Shown in pieces: positions 30,754 through 40,882 of a stretch of 64,000 nt of DNA. The notes under the pieces are model-generated. The model did not search any database. It had not been told where the DNA came from and worked only from the letters and a program-made list of their open reading frames with translations. The stretch lies in contig CAVYIM010000005.1 of NCBI GenBank assembly GCA_963768655.1, forward strand, positions 64,001 through 128,000. The letters run 5' to 3'. The stretch is from an uncultured Chloroflexia bacterium (GTDB lineage: Bacteria > Chloroflexota > Limnocylindria > Limnocylindrales > CSP1-4). The position numbers and the translations under genes were made by a program. How positions within the stretch are numbered: the stretch's first letter is position 1; each line of letters begins with the position of its first letter.

Positions 30754-30978
30754 ATGTGGTACCAACCACCCGAACAGCGTCTTTCGATGGTGCAAGCACA
30801 GCAGGCAGAGATGCGCGCTTACGCCAGGGAAGCGCGCCGAGCCAATCGGTCCGAGGGCTCCCCGATGTCGCCTGAACGAGTCAGCGGACTCCAGCTGCGC
30901 ATCGGCCGACTTCTTATCGTAGTCGGGCGTACGCTCCGCGAAGACGAACCGCCTTGTCCGGACCTGATGCGCTCGTAG
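30754..30978 (+). CDS. Small protein (74 aa), RIGRxLIxxGxxL family
   Basis: AGGAGAG SD before ATG 30754; shares motif with 17158-17352. Confidence 0.65.
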   Translation: MWYQPPEQRLSMVQAQQAEMRAYAREARRANRSEGSPMSPERVSGLQLRIGRLLIVVGRTLREDEPPCPDLMRS

Positions 30979-31034
30979 GACACGGCTCGTCGCCGCACAC
31001 TCGTAGGGAACGGCTCGTAGCCCACGCCCCGTAA
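30972..31034 (+). repeat. CTCGTAG-like heptamer at exact 14-nt period, 5 copies
   Basis: 30972 CTCGTAG, 30986 CTCGTCG, 31000 CTCGTAG, 31014 CTCGTAG, 31028 CCCGTAA. Confidence 0.75.
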
Positions 31035-31055
31035 CGCACAATCGAGTGGGGACCC

Positions 31056-32381
31056 GTGACTCAGGCCTTCGTCCGGTACATGAGGAGCTTCACCGGATTC
31101 AGCCGCGACGCCCGGCTGTTCCTCGTCACGACCGTCGTCTACGGCGCCGTCATCAGCCTGTATTGGGCCGACTTCAATCTGTATGTGGGGGCGATCGGCC
31201 TCAGCCCTTCGACGATGGGCGAGCTGATGTCCGTGGCGATGCTGGCGGGTGTCCTGGTGGCCTTCCCCTGTGGCGCGCTCTCGGACCGCTTCGGCAGGCG
31301 CGCGGTGATGGCCGGCGGCATGGCCCTCGTCGCCGTTGCGCTGCTCGCGGCTCTGCCCGGCAACCTGGCCCTGTTGTTCGTTGGCGTCGTGGCCCTGGGC
31401 GCCGGCTCGCAGGCCGTCAGCGTGGTCCAGATCCCGTTCATCGCGGAGCACACTCAACCCGAGCAACGGAACGAGTACTTCGCCACGTGGTCCGCGATCG
31501 GCAACCTGACGGCCCTCGTGGCCACCCTGGCGGGTGGCGCAATAGCCACCGTGCTCGCCTCCAGTCTCGGGCTCGGCGGGGGTCCGGCGCCATACCGGGT
31601 CTTGCTCGTGGGCATTGCGGCGCTCGGTGCCCTGTCGCTGGCGACGTTGCTGCCGCTGACAAGCGATCGTCCCGGGCCCGATCGCCCGCGCCACGCACAG
31701 GGTGGCCGCTTCGGCATCGCCGTTTCCGATCGGGGCCTGATCGTGCGGCTGCTCTTGCCCGGATTCATCACTGCCCTCGGCGCCGGGCAGCTGATCCCAT
31801 TCCTCAACGTCTTCATCCAGACCAAGTTCAACCTCGGCCTGCCGGCGACAAACGCGGTTCTCGCGGTCGGGAGCCTGGGCACGACCATCGCCATCCTCGC
31901 CCAGCCGGCCCTGGCGCGGCGTTTCGGCCGGATCGAATCGATCGTCCTTGTCCAGGCGGCAAGCATCCCGTTCCTGCTGGTGCTCGGCTTCTCCCCGGTG
32001 CTGTGGACCGTGATCGCCGCATATGCGGTGCGGAACTCCTTGATGAACGCCGGCAGCCCCATATTCGACGCATTCGCCATGGGACACGTCTCCGCCGCGG
32101 AGCGAGCCACCGTTGCCGCGGGCATGTCCATGCTGTGGTCCCTGGGCTGGACGGTCGCCCCGCTGTACTACAGCGCGCTACAGGCGAGTCTCGGCTTCAC
32201 GGCGGGCTACACCGTGGACTTCATCACGATCATCGCCCTGTACACGATATCCACGGCCCTGCTTTGGAGATGGTTCCACGGCGTCGACCGGATGGCCGCG
32301 CAGGCAGCTGCATCGGTCGGGGAGGCCGAACTCGAGCCGGACATCGTCGAGACGCCGGTAGTTCTCATCGAGCGCGCCTGA
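31056..32381 (+). CDS. MFS transporter
   Basis: ~12 TMs; motif A GALSDRFGRR. Confidence 0.92.
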   Translation: MTQAFVRYMRSFTGFSRDARLFLVTTVVYGAVISLYWADFNLYVGAIGLSPSTMGELMSVAMLAGVLVAFPCGALSDRFGRRAVMAGGMALVAVALLAALPGNLALLFVGVVALGAGSQAVSVVQIPFIAEHTQPEQRNEYFATWSAIGNLTALVATLAGGAIATVLASSLGLGGGPAPYRVLLVGIAALGALSLATLLPLTSDRPGPDRPRHAQGGRFGIAVSDRGLIVRLLLPGFITALGAGQLIPFLNVFIQTKFNLGLPATNAVLAVGSLGTTIAILAQPALARRFGRIESIVLVQAASIPFLLVLGFSPVLWTVIAAYAVRNSLMNAGSPIFDAFAMGHVSAAERATVAAGMSMLWSLGWTVAPLYYSALQASLGFTAGYTVDFITIIALYTISTALLWRWFHGVDRMAAQAAASVGEAELEPDIVETPVVLIERA

Positions 32382-32430
32382 CGGGTCGGCGCGGGCCGGG
32401 ACGGAGCCCGCCGCGCCCCGAGGCGACCGG

Positions 32431-33837
32431 TCAGTTGGAAGAGACGGCGCTCCGCAACCTGGCCAGCAGGTCGGCAATCTTGCGGTCCGGCCCGAGACGG
32501 GCGATGTCGCCCAGGGCCGCGTCGGAGAGCCGGATCGGGCCCAGCCCCAGCGCCCGCTCCAGGGCCGCAGCCGCCTTTTTCCGATCGCCTGCCCGGGCCG
32601 CGCTACGCGCCTCCAACACGGCGCTCGGGGCGCCGCCGGAGCGTCCCAGCATGGACGCCGCGGCCATCGAGTCGCCGAACCGGCCGAGTGCGTGCAGGCC
32701 GACCTGCAGCTTCAGCAGGGCCGGAATCCGGTCGCCCGTGTCGTCGCGCCGCAGCGCGCCGAGAAGCTGCGAGACCCGATTGCTATCGACGACCCGTGTC
32801 ACGATGACGAACACCGCCAGAGGGTCGGTCTCGGTCGCAAGACGGGCCGCCACGGCCGGATCGTCCCGATTCGCGACCATTCCGACCACGTCGGGAAGCA
32901 GCGGCGCCGGTCGGCGTTCGAGTTCGTCGAGGTCCGCCGCCGCGGCCTCACCCGAGCCACCCGGCATCGTTTCCGCGAGCGCCTCGCCGAAGACGCGGCG
33001 CGACTCCGCCGCCTCCATCACCAGCGACTGCCGGCCCCCTCCGCGGCCCTCGCCGCGTCCTTGACGGCGCCCCTCGTCCCCCTTGCGGTCGACCTCCGAG
33101 TTCGAGCGCGACTCCGCTCGAGGCCTCGCCCAGGCGCCTTTCGACGGCGCGGAGCCCGCCGCCCGACGCCCACCGGGCCCGCCCGAAGCCAGCTGCCATA
33201 CCGTCAGGTACGGCTCCGGGTTGAAGAGCCCGAAGAAGACGATGACGACGGTCAGATAGATGAAGCCGACGAAGACCGCGCCGATCGCGATCACGGCACC
33301 GGCGACCGCCACCGTCACGAGGCCCGGCCGCTTGCCGCGCTGGCCAAGGACGGCCACGAAGAGGTTCGTGACGACGTTGCCGCCGTCCAGCCCGGCAATC
33401 GGCAGCAGGTTCAGGATGCCCCACCACAGGTTGACGAAGATCAGGTCGCCGGCCGTATCGGCGAGCAGGCCACTCGCCGGAAGCCACGGCTTCACCACCA
33501 TGACGGCGATGGCGGCAGGTATCCCGACCAGCGGCCCCGCCAGGCTGACCAGGATCGACTTGCGAGGTGGCAGCACGAAGCCCGATATCGTCAGCCCGCC
33601 CATGGCCCACAGCCAAATCTCGGGATGGATGTTGTACGTGCTCAGCGCGAAAGCGTGCCCGAGCTCGTGGATGAGGATCGAGACGGCCACCACCGCGATC
33701 CACTCGAGGATGCCGACGCCGGGTCGCGCCCCCAGGCCGATGATCAGCGTGATCAGCAGGAAGTCGACCCCGATCGTGATCGGGAAGCCGAAGAGGCGGA
33801 AGCGAAGGCCGGGAAGCGAAGGCGTCACGAAAGGCAT
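32431..33837 (-). CDS. Site-2 protease (M50) with C-terminal helical domain
   Basis: HELGH, AGP, NLLPIAGLDG. Confidence 0.87.
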   Translation of the reverse strand: MPFVTPSLPGLRFRLFGFPITIGVDFLLITLIIGLGARPGVGILEWIAVVAVSILIHELGHAFALSTYNIHPEIWLWAMGGLTISGFVLPPRKSILVSLAGPLVGIPAAIAVMVVKPWLPASGLLADTAGDLIFVNLWWGILNLLPIAGLDGGNVVTNLFVAVLGQRGKRPGLVTVAVAGAVIAIGAVFVGFIYLTVVIVFFGLFNPEPYLTVWQLASGGPGGRRAAGSAPSKGAWARPRAESRSNSEVDRKGDEGRRQGRGEGRGGGRQSLVMEAAESRRVFGEALAETMPGGSGEAAAADLDELERRPAPLLPDVVGMVANRDDPAVAARLATETDPLAVFVIVTRVVDSNRVSQLLGALRRDDTGDRIPALLKLQVGLHALGRFGDSMAAASMLGRSGGAPSAVLEARSAARAGDRKKAAAALERALGLGPIRLSDAALGDIARLGPDRKIADLLARLRSAVSSN

Positions 33838-33885
33838 CCTGGCGGCGGGACCCGATTGTGCGCCCGATTCGGGCGCGCGCTCAGG

Positions 33886-34014
33886 TTAGCCGAGCCAGTC
33901 CCGGCTGGACAGGGCCAACTCCCCTATCCCGACGCCGGCTCAGGCTACGGCGTCGGCGACGCCCGCGCCCGATAGCAGCGGCGCAGGCGAGCCTACGCCG
34001 GGCCTCTCATCGCC
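33886..34014 (-). pseudogene. Possible remnant of a xanthine dehydrogenase-family molybdopterin subunit C-terminus
   Basis: Manual translation PGVGSPAPLLSGAGVADAVA*AGVGIGELALS resembles the GxGE...A(V/I)ANA...GxRIxELP consensus. Confidence 0.3.
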
Positions 34015-34023
34015 ACGTCTTGC

Positions 34024-34743
34024 TCAGCACGGCGACGCCACTTCCCCGTTCAGCACACGGTAACGGAGGTGCAGGTACGAGCAACGGAGCTGCTCGCACG
34101 AGAGCAGCTCAAGACCCTTGACGTGGCGCAACTCGGCCTGGTCCGTGAGCGATGCGCCACCGACGAGCGACGGCGTCTCCCGGCCCCCGATGAGGCATGG
34201 CGCGACGACGAGAGAGACGAAGTCGATCAGCCCAGCGCGCACCAGCGCAGCGTTCAGCGCCGATCCGGTCTGGACCGTCATCCGATCAACGCCGAACTCG
34301 CGGTGCAGACGTGCGAATGCGTGGCCCAAGTCGATCTGGCCGGTGTATTCGAGCAGGGTCACGTTCGGGTAGCGGGATCGGAGGTCTCGAGCCGGATGAG
34401 TCGGGCAAGCTGTGATGATGTAGAGCGCCGGGGACCGCCGGGCGAAGTACTCGATGCCGGCTCCCGTGAGATGGGGCTTGCTGTCGACGATGACGAACTT
34501 CACGTCGGCAGGCGGCCCCTCCCAGGTCCTCGCGTTGGCGCCGATCTTCGCGAGCGTCCGACCCGAGTTGAACGACACGCGATCGGTCAGGCGCTCAAGC
34601 TCGTAGTACTGCTCGAGCCCTTCGCGGACGCCCGCGATGCGCGGGAAGTCCGAATCGGTGTCGCGCTCGTCTACGGCGCCGGTCGAGATCTTGCCATCGA
34701 CCGACTGGAGCAGGAAAAGAGTCGTCACCGGGCGTGCTGTCAT
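34024..34743 (-). CDS. RibD C-terminal-like reductase (DHFR family)
   Basis: SVDGKI, TGSALN, GLIDFVSLVVAPCLIGG. Confidence 0.82.
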   Translation of the reverse strand: MTARPVTTLFLLQSVDGKISTGAVDERDTDSDFPRIAGVREGLEQYYELERLTDRVSFNSGRTLAKIGANARTWEGPPADVKFVIVDSKPHLTGAGIEYFARRSPALYIITACPTHPARDLRSRYPNVTLLEYTGQIDLGHAFARLHREFGVDRMTVQTGSALNAALVRAGLIDFVSLVVAPCLIGGRETPSLVGGASLTDQAELRHVKGLELLSCEQLRCSYLHLRYRVLNGEVASPC

Positions 34744-34765
34744 GTTCAGATCCTCCCTCCTTGCT

Positions 34766-37700
34766 TCAACCTAGAGACAATGCCCGCCTCGGTTTGCCCG
34801 GCTCCGGCACCCATTCGCCCAGCGGGCGGACCTCCGCCAGACGCATGCGCAGGTCCGGGTCCAGCGCCTCGGCCGCGGCCACGGCCGTCTCGATGGCGGT
34901 CAGGCACAGGATCCCCTCGGCGGTGGCGGCGAGGCGGATCTCGGCCGCGTCGCGGACCGGGCCGGACTTCGGCGACGGCGTGTTGACCACGAGCCGCACC
35001 GAGCCGCCGGCGATGAGGTCCAGGATGGTGACCTGCCCGTCGCCGGCGTGCTCGCCCACCTTGGCCACGACCTGCGCCTCATGGCCCAGCCTGTGAAGCT
35101 CGGCTGCGGTGCCGGAGGTGGCGGCGAACCGGTAGCCAGCCCGAGCCAGGGCGGCGGCGACGCGCGGCAGCTCCTTCTTGTCCCGGTCCGCGACGGAGAT
35201 CAGCGCCAGCGCCCCGTCGGCGCCCGGCCGGGGCGGGATCAGCGCCGCGCCCTGCATCGCCTTGGCCAGCGCGACTCGCGGGTCGGCATGGATGCCGATG
35301 ACCTCGCCCGTGGACTGCATCCCCGGGCCGACGCTCGGGTCCACGCCGCGGAGCTTGGCGGTGGAGAAGGCCGGCGCCTTGACCGCGACCAGCGGCGGCG
35401 GCTCCAGCAGCCCATTACCCCACCCCATTGCGCGCAACGTCTCGCCCAGGGCAATCCGGACGGCCAGCTTGACCATCGGGACGCCGGTGACCTTGCTCAT
35501 GAACGGCACCGTGCGGCTGGCGCGCGGGTTGACCTCGATCAGGTACACGCCGTCGTCGCGGACGATGAACTGGGCGTTGACCAGGCCGTGGACGTCCAGC
35601 GCCCGCACGATCCGGTCCATCGCGGCGACGATCAGCTCCTGGTCGGGGACCGAGACCGTCTGCGGCGGGAACATCCCGACCGAGTCGCCAGAATGGACGC
35701 CGGCTCTCTCGACGTGTTCGAGCAGGCCCGGGATCAGGACCGACTCGCCGTCGGAGATCGCGTCGACGTCCACCTCGATGCCTTCGAGATAGCGGTCGAT
35801 CCGAACCGGCCGGTCGGGGTCGACGACGGTCGCGCGCGCCAGCTGCTCGACCAGATCGGACGGCGAATAGCTGAAGTCGATTGCCAGGCCGCCGATGACG
35901 AACGACGGTCGAACGATGACCGGGTAGCCGATCCGATCGGCCAGCGCCAGCGCTTCCTCGATCGAGCGCGCCATGCCGCCGTCGGGCTGCGGGATGCCGA
36001 CAGCCTCCACCAGGTTGGCGAAGCGGATGCGATCCTCCGCCTGGTCGATGGTCTCCAGGTTTGCGCCCAGGAGCGGGATACCGGCGGCCGCGAGCGACTC
36101 GGCCAGGTTGAGGGGCGTCTGGCCGCCGAACTGGACGAAGGCGCCGAGCGTCGGGCGGCCGTCCGGCGATTCGGCCTCCACGACCGAGCGAACGCTCTCC
36201 GGATCGAGCGGCTCGAAGTACAGCCGCGAGCTGGCGTCGAAGTCGGTCGAGACCGTCTCGGGGTTCGAGTTGATCATGACGGCCTGCCAGCCCCGTTCGC
36301 GCAACTCCGCCGCGGCCTGGACGGCGCAGTAGTCGAACTCGATCCCCTGCCCTATCCGGACCGGCCCGGAGCCGATGACCAGCGCCGCGGGCCGCTCCAC
36401 CGGCGGCAGCTCCGGCTCGGAGCCGCTGGCAGCGTACGTCGCGTAGAAGTACGGCGTCTCGGCCGCGAACTCCGCGGCGCACGTGTCCACCATCGCGTAG
36501 CCGGGCACAAGGCCGAGCTCCATTCGGGCGAGCCGCACCGCCTCGGCCGTCGCGCCCGGCCCCGCCATCGCCGCCAGCTCGCGGTCCCCGAAGCCGGCCC
36601 GCTTCACGGTCGCGAGGAGAGTGGCCGCCTCATCGTCCCGTGGCTCCGCGATCCGCGCCCCGGCCCGCCGGACCTCGCGCTCCAGCGCGATCGCCCGCTC
36701 GAACTCCCAGAGGAACCACGCCGAGATGCCGGTCACGCCTCGGATCCGCTCCGCCGGCATGCCCCGCCGCAGCAGCGCGAGGATCCGCCACAGCCGCGAG
36801 TCCGAGGGTGCGAGGAACCGCTTGAGCACGATCGGATACGCCATCCGCTCGGCGTGCGCCCTTGCCTCGCAGACCAGGCCGCTGGTATCGACCGTGACGA
36901 ACGCCGGCTCGGCGACCGCGGGCTCCATCAGGTAGTCGAGCGTCGCCTGCCAGCCGGCGTTCTCGGCCAGCCAGCCCGCGCCCGCCTGTTCGAGCGCGCG
37001 GAGGGCCTTGTTCAGCGCCGAGCCGAAGGTTCGGTCGATCGCCATCACCTCGCCGGTCGCCTTCATCTGGCTGCCGAGCGTTCGATCGGCATTGGGGAAC
37101 TTGTCGAACGGGAAGCGCGGCAGCTTGACGACGACGTAGTCGAGGGCCGGCTCGAAGGCCGCGACCGTCGTACCGGTCACGACATTGGGGATCTCCGCCA
37201 GCCGCCGGCCCGCGGCGATCTGGGCCGCAACGCGCGCGATCGGATAACCCGTCGCCTTGCTCGCGAGAGCGGAGGATCGGCTGACGCGCGGGTTGACCTC
37301 GATGACCGCGTATTCGGCGTAGTCCGGGCTCAGGGCGAACTGCACGTTGCAGCCGCCCTCCACGCCGAGCGCCCGAATGATCGCCAGGCTGGCCGAGCGC
37401 AGGCGCTGGTGGACAGGGTCGGGCAGCGTCTGGACCGGCGCGACGACGATCGAGTCGCCGGTGTGGATACCCAGCGGGTCGACGTTCTCCATCGAGCAGA
37501 CGGCGATGCAGGTATCGTCCGCGTCGCGCATGACCTCGTATTCGATCTCCTGCCAGCCCACCAGGCAGCGCTCGATCATGACCTGGTGGATGGGGCTGAG
37601 TCTCAGTCCCGTGCGCGTCCGCTCCCAGTACGCGTCCTCGGTCTCGACGATGCCGCCGCCGGTGCCGCCCAGGGTGAAGGCCGGCCGGATGATCGCCGGC

Positions 37701-38266
37701 AGGCCGATCTCCTGCAGGGCGCGGCGGGCCGCGGCGTCGCGCGCCTCATCGGTCTCACCTTCGACGATGTGGCTCGGCGCATACGGCTGGCCGATGCGGT
37801 CGAGCAGGTCGCGGAACAACTCGCGGTCCTCGGCCATCTCGATCGCCTCGAGCGGCGTGCCGATGAGCCGGACGTTGTACTTGTCCAGGACGCCGGCCTT
37901 GGCCAGCGCCACGGCCAGGTTCAGCCCGGTCTGGCCGCCGAGCCCGGCAAGCAGCCCCTCCGGCCGCTCTTTGGCGATGACCTGCTCGATCGCCTCGACC
38001 GTGAGCGGCTCGAGGTAGACGGCGTCGGCGACCTCGGCGTCGGTCATGATCGTGGCCGGGTTCGAGTTGACCAGGATCGTCCGCACGCCCTCAGCGCGGA
38101 GCGCCCGGCAGGCCTGCGTGCCGGCGTAGTCGAACTCGGCCGCCTGGCCGATGACGACCGGCCCGGAGCCGATGATCAGCGCACTCTTCGGCTTTGGCCG
38201 GTGCGCGCTCGGGGCCGGGTTCGCGGGCACGGGGTATGCGGTGGTCGGCAACGGCGGCTGCCTCAC
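34766..38266 (-). CDS. carB: Carbamoyl-phosphate synthase large subunit
   Basis: GSGPVVIGQAAEFDY, two ATP-grasp domains, EVNPR twice, C-terminal MGS-like domain. Confidence 0.97.
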   Translation of the reverse strand: MRQPPLPTTAYPVPANPAPSAHRPKPKSALIIGSGPVVIGQAAEFDYAGTQACRALRAEGVRTILVNSNPATIMTDAEVADAVYLEPLTVEAIEQVIAKERPEGLLAGLGGQTGLNLAVALAKAGVLDKYNVRLIGTPLEAIEMAEDRELFRDLLDRIGQPYAPSHIVEGETDEARDAAARRALQEIGLPAIIRPAFTLGGTGGGIVETEDAYWERTRTGLRLSPIHQVMIERCLVGWQEIEYEVMRDADDTCIAVCSMENVDPLGIHTGDSIVVAPVQTLPDPVHQRLRSASLAIIRALGVEGGCNVQFALSPDYAEYAVIEVNPRVSRSSALASKATGYPIARVAAQIAAGRRLAEIPNVVTGTTVAAFEPALDYVVVKLPRFPFDKFPNADRTLGSQMKATGEVMAIDRTFGSALNKALRALEQAGAGWLAENAGWQATLDYLMEPAVAEPAFVTVDTSGLVCEARAHAERMAYPIVLKRFLAPSDSRLWRILALLRRGMPAERIRGVTGISAWFLWEFERAIALEREVRRAGARIAEPRDDEAATLLATVKRAGFGDRELAAMAGPGATAEAVRLARMELGLVPGYAMVDTCAAEFAAETPYFYATYAASGSEPELPPVERPAALVIGSGPVRIGQGIEFDYCAVQAAAELRERGWQAVMINSNPETVSTDFDASSRLYFEPLDPESVRSVVEAESPDGRPTLGAFVQFGGQTPLNLAESLAAAGIPLLGANLETIDQAEDRIRFANLVEAVGIPQPDGGMARSIEEALALADRIGYPVIVRPSFVIGGLAIDFSYSPSDLVEQLARATVVDPDRPVRIDRYLEGIEVDVDAISDGESVLIPGLLEHVERAGVHSGDSVGMFPPQTVSVPDQELIVAAMDRIVRALDVHGLVNAQFIVRDDGVYLIEVNPRASRTVPFMSKVTGVPMVKLAVRIALGETLRAMGWGNGLLEPPPLVAVKAPAFSTAKLRGVDPSVGPGMQSTGEVIGIHADPRVALAKAMQGAALIPPRPGADGALALISVADRDKKELPRVAAALARAGYRFAATSGTAAELHRLGHEAQVVAKVGEHAGDGQVTILDLIAGGSVRLVVNTPSPKSGPVRDAAEIRLAATAEGILCLTAIETAVAAAEALDPDLRMRLAEVRPLGEWVPEPGKPRRALSLG

Positions 38267-38393
38267 ACAAAAAGGCCACCGGCCGAGTTGGCGCGGTGGT
38301 TCTCATTGCAGGCGACCATGGACCTCCTCCCCGGCCTCACTGGACCGGTACGCCGGCCTCACAGGACCGGCCGCAAAGGCTGCCCGTAGGTTA
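38263..38393 (-). promoter_or_regulatory. carB leader: tandem PyrR-type loops, 18-aa leader ORF (38263-38319), terminator
   Basis: CCGGTCCTGTGAGGCCGG (38353-38370) and CCGGTCCAGTGAGGCCGG (38331-38348) fit the RUCCNGNGAGGY core; GGAGG SD; MVACNENHRANSAGGLFV; CCACCG/CGGTGG stem plus T5; TAACCT -10. Confidence 0.8.
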
Positions 38394-39393
38394 TCACGAA
38401 GCCAAACGGGTACGTGAACCGCCCTGGGTTCCGTGGAGATCCGATGGGCGTCCGTCAACGAGACCCCGACCAGGTTTCGGCCTGACGTCCCGCGCTTGAG
38501 CGGCGGACCACGGCCGCAACTTCACTTGTCCTGACCGGCCACCGTCCGCTCGAGGGGAGTGGGGCAAACGAAAGTGCCATCCGCTACGTTGTTGTGTCAG
38601 AACTGAGAGCGGAACACCCCGGACGCGTTCCATGAGTGGAGCCTTGTCGCGTCCGGACTCCTCCATCCAGATGAGCCAGCCCCCGCGATCAGCCACGAAG
38701 TAACTGGAGTTGCCCTCGGTATCCACCTGGATCGGCGAAGACCAGCTCGGCTGCCAGACAGTCAAAGCATCAAGCCAGGAGTCGTAGTACGCCTCCCGTT
38801 GCCACCAGGCCACCGTGCCCGAGCCGCAGGCCATTCCATCGATTCCCTTCGATGGCCCATCGGCGGGGTCAGGGCTGATGGCCAGAGTCCTGGCATAGGG
38901 AGCGGCAGCCGCATACAGACTGGTCTGCGAACCACCCGGACGTCTGAGAGCTGGCCTGTGGATCCGCCACCCAGGCCGCCAGCGGACCCTCGGCATTGAC
39001 CTCATAGACCTCCTTGCCAATCTCCTGGGAGCCACTCAGAGGCGTCCAATGCCAGAGGTGCATCTGACCAATCGCGCCGCTATTTGGATCGCCCTTGCCA
39101 GTGGTGTATAGAACGCCGTCCGGCACAAGGGCAAAGTCGTACGGATCGCCGGTGAACCTGATCGTGTCCTGTAGGTTGCCGAGGATGTCCCGGATCTCTA
39201 TCTGCCACTTGCCGCTGGCCAAAGCCTCCAAGAGCGCTATCCGTTGGCCGTCGAACTTGATGCTGTCGAGGTACATTTGCCCGCCGTAGTTCGGCATACG
39301 GTCATGGGCCACCACACTCACTCTATGAGTCGTCAGGTTCATGTCTTTGAGCGACCAGGCAGTGACAGGATGCTGGTCACTGCTCCAGTCGTA

Positions 39394-40882
39394 GAGGATG
39401 TCCCGCTCGTCGTGGAATTTCAGTGAGGGTCGGGTCTCCAGGTTGCTGATCATATCGGTTGGTTGGTAGCGCTCGCCTCGCTTTCGATGTGGAGCTCGCG
39501 CTTCAGCGCAGCGGCAAGAATGGGCAGCTCCCGATAGCCACAGACTCGGCGGAACTGAGCCTCTGCGGCGAGCATCCCAGCGGCGGCCCAGCGCAGCGCC
39601 ATCTCGCCCGACTCCCAGTTCTTCACCCGGCGGGCGTGCGTCTTGACGATCTCGATCATCGATTCCATCGGGTTGGTCGACTCGAGCGTCCTCCAGAGCG
39701 AGCCGCTGATGCCCAGACGCGTCAGGGTGAGCGTGTCGTCGAGCCCCTCGCGCAGCGACGCGGCGGCTCCCGGACGGCTGTGGGCCAGACTGCGGGCCAG
39801 GGAGTGGAGGGCCGCCTTCGCCCTGTCCGGATCTCGCTCGGCCCAGGCGGCCCGAAGCCGGCGCTGGGCGAGCGGTCGTTCGATCTCGGGCAGGTGCTCT
39901 AGAACGTTGCGCTCTTTGTGGCGATGGCAGCGATGGATCGCCACGCCTTTGCCCAAGAAGGTGGGGATGGCCGAACCGATGGCGGAGCCGCCGTCGACGA
40001 CGAAGAGGACGCCTGCGCTTGTGTCCAGACCGCGATCGCGCAAGTCCGCCAGGAGCGCGTTGACCACCGCGCTGTTCTCGGTCGTGCCCTCGACCACGCC
40101 GAGGGGCACCTTGTGGCCGGCGGCGTCGATCCCGAGCGCGCCTACGAGCAGGTGATCGCCCAGGCGAAAGCCATCGAGCATGAGCACGAGGTAGCGGCGG
40201 TCGTCGAGTCTGCGCCCGAGCAGCTCAGCCAGGCGCTCTGCCGTGGCGGCGAGGAAGCGGCGGCTGACGGCGGCGTGGCTGGTCGAGACGGCGGCCTCCT
40301 CGATGGCCTCGCCAACAGGCTCGAGGCCAACCGGATAGTCGCGAGTCGAGAGCCCCGCGAGCATCCGGGCGACGATCCCGTCGGCGAGCAGATCGCTGGC
40401 TCTCGCGGCCTCGTAGGTCGCGAGCGGCAGCTCGGCTGCTCCATCGGCACTTCGCACACGTGGCCGCTCGACGCGGAGTCGGCGGCCGCCCAGGGTCACG
40501 GTTCCGGCTTCACTGCCATGGCGATAGGCAACTCGATCCGCTCGGTGGCGGCCGCGTGGGCCGGCCAGGCCGTCAACCTCAGCCGCCATCAGCTCGTCGA
40601 GGACCTCGAGGCCGACCGCGGTCGAAGCGGCCAGCAGGCCCTCGCGCAGATGGCTCGCGAACGTGGCGAGATGGCCCTCGAGCCGCCCTGTCAGCTCAGC
40701 AGGAAGCTGGTGAACGAGACGGCGAGGTCGGCGGCATCGCTTCTCAGGGCGGGGCCGGACGTGGGACGATGGCATGGGTTCCTCCAGTTCGACTTTCCGG
40801 GTCTCCCGTAGCGTGACAGCTCACGCTCCGGGCTGGAGGACCCTCCCCTCAACTCAAATTCCACGGAACTCGGGACAACCTC
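39394..40882 (-). mobile_element. IS256-family element, copy 1 (1489 bp)
   Basis: Terminal IRs GAGGATGTCCCG/GAGGTTGTCCCG; 8-bp TSD CAGTCGTA at 39386-39393 and 40883-40890. Confidence 0.95.
39450..40775 (-). CDS. IS256-family DDE transposase
   Basis: LMLDG, VVDG, RCHRH (CxxH), STNPMES; same protein as 44573-45898. Confidence 0.93.
   Translation of the reverse strand: MPSSHVRPRPEKRCRRPRRLVHQLPAELTGRLEGHLATFASHLREGLLAASTAVGLEVLDELMAAEVDGLAGPRGRHRADRVAYRHGSEAGTVTLGGRRLRVERPRVRSADGAAELPLATYEAARASDLLADGIVARMLAGLSTRDYPVGLEPVGEAIEEAAVSTSHAAVSRRFLAATAERLAELLGRRLDDRRYLVLMLDGFRLGDHLLVGALGIDAAGHKVPLGVVEGTTENSAVVNALLADLRDRGLDTSAGVLFVVDGGSAIGSAIPTFLGKGVAIHRCHRHKERNVLEHLPEIERPLAQRRLRAAWAERDPDRAKAALHSLARSLAHSRPGAAASLREGLDDTLTLTRLGISGSLWRTLESTNPMESMIEIVKTHARRVKNWESGEMALRWAAAGMLAAEAQFRRVCGYRELPILAAALKRELHIESEASATNQPI

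Noticed and set aside
35048-38389. 1113-aa + strand ORF
   Set aside because: Antisense shadow of carB, expected with high GC3; no motifs. The same applies to 6019-7452, 12699-14234, 26594-27970, 50853-52823 and 59898-61919.
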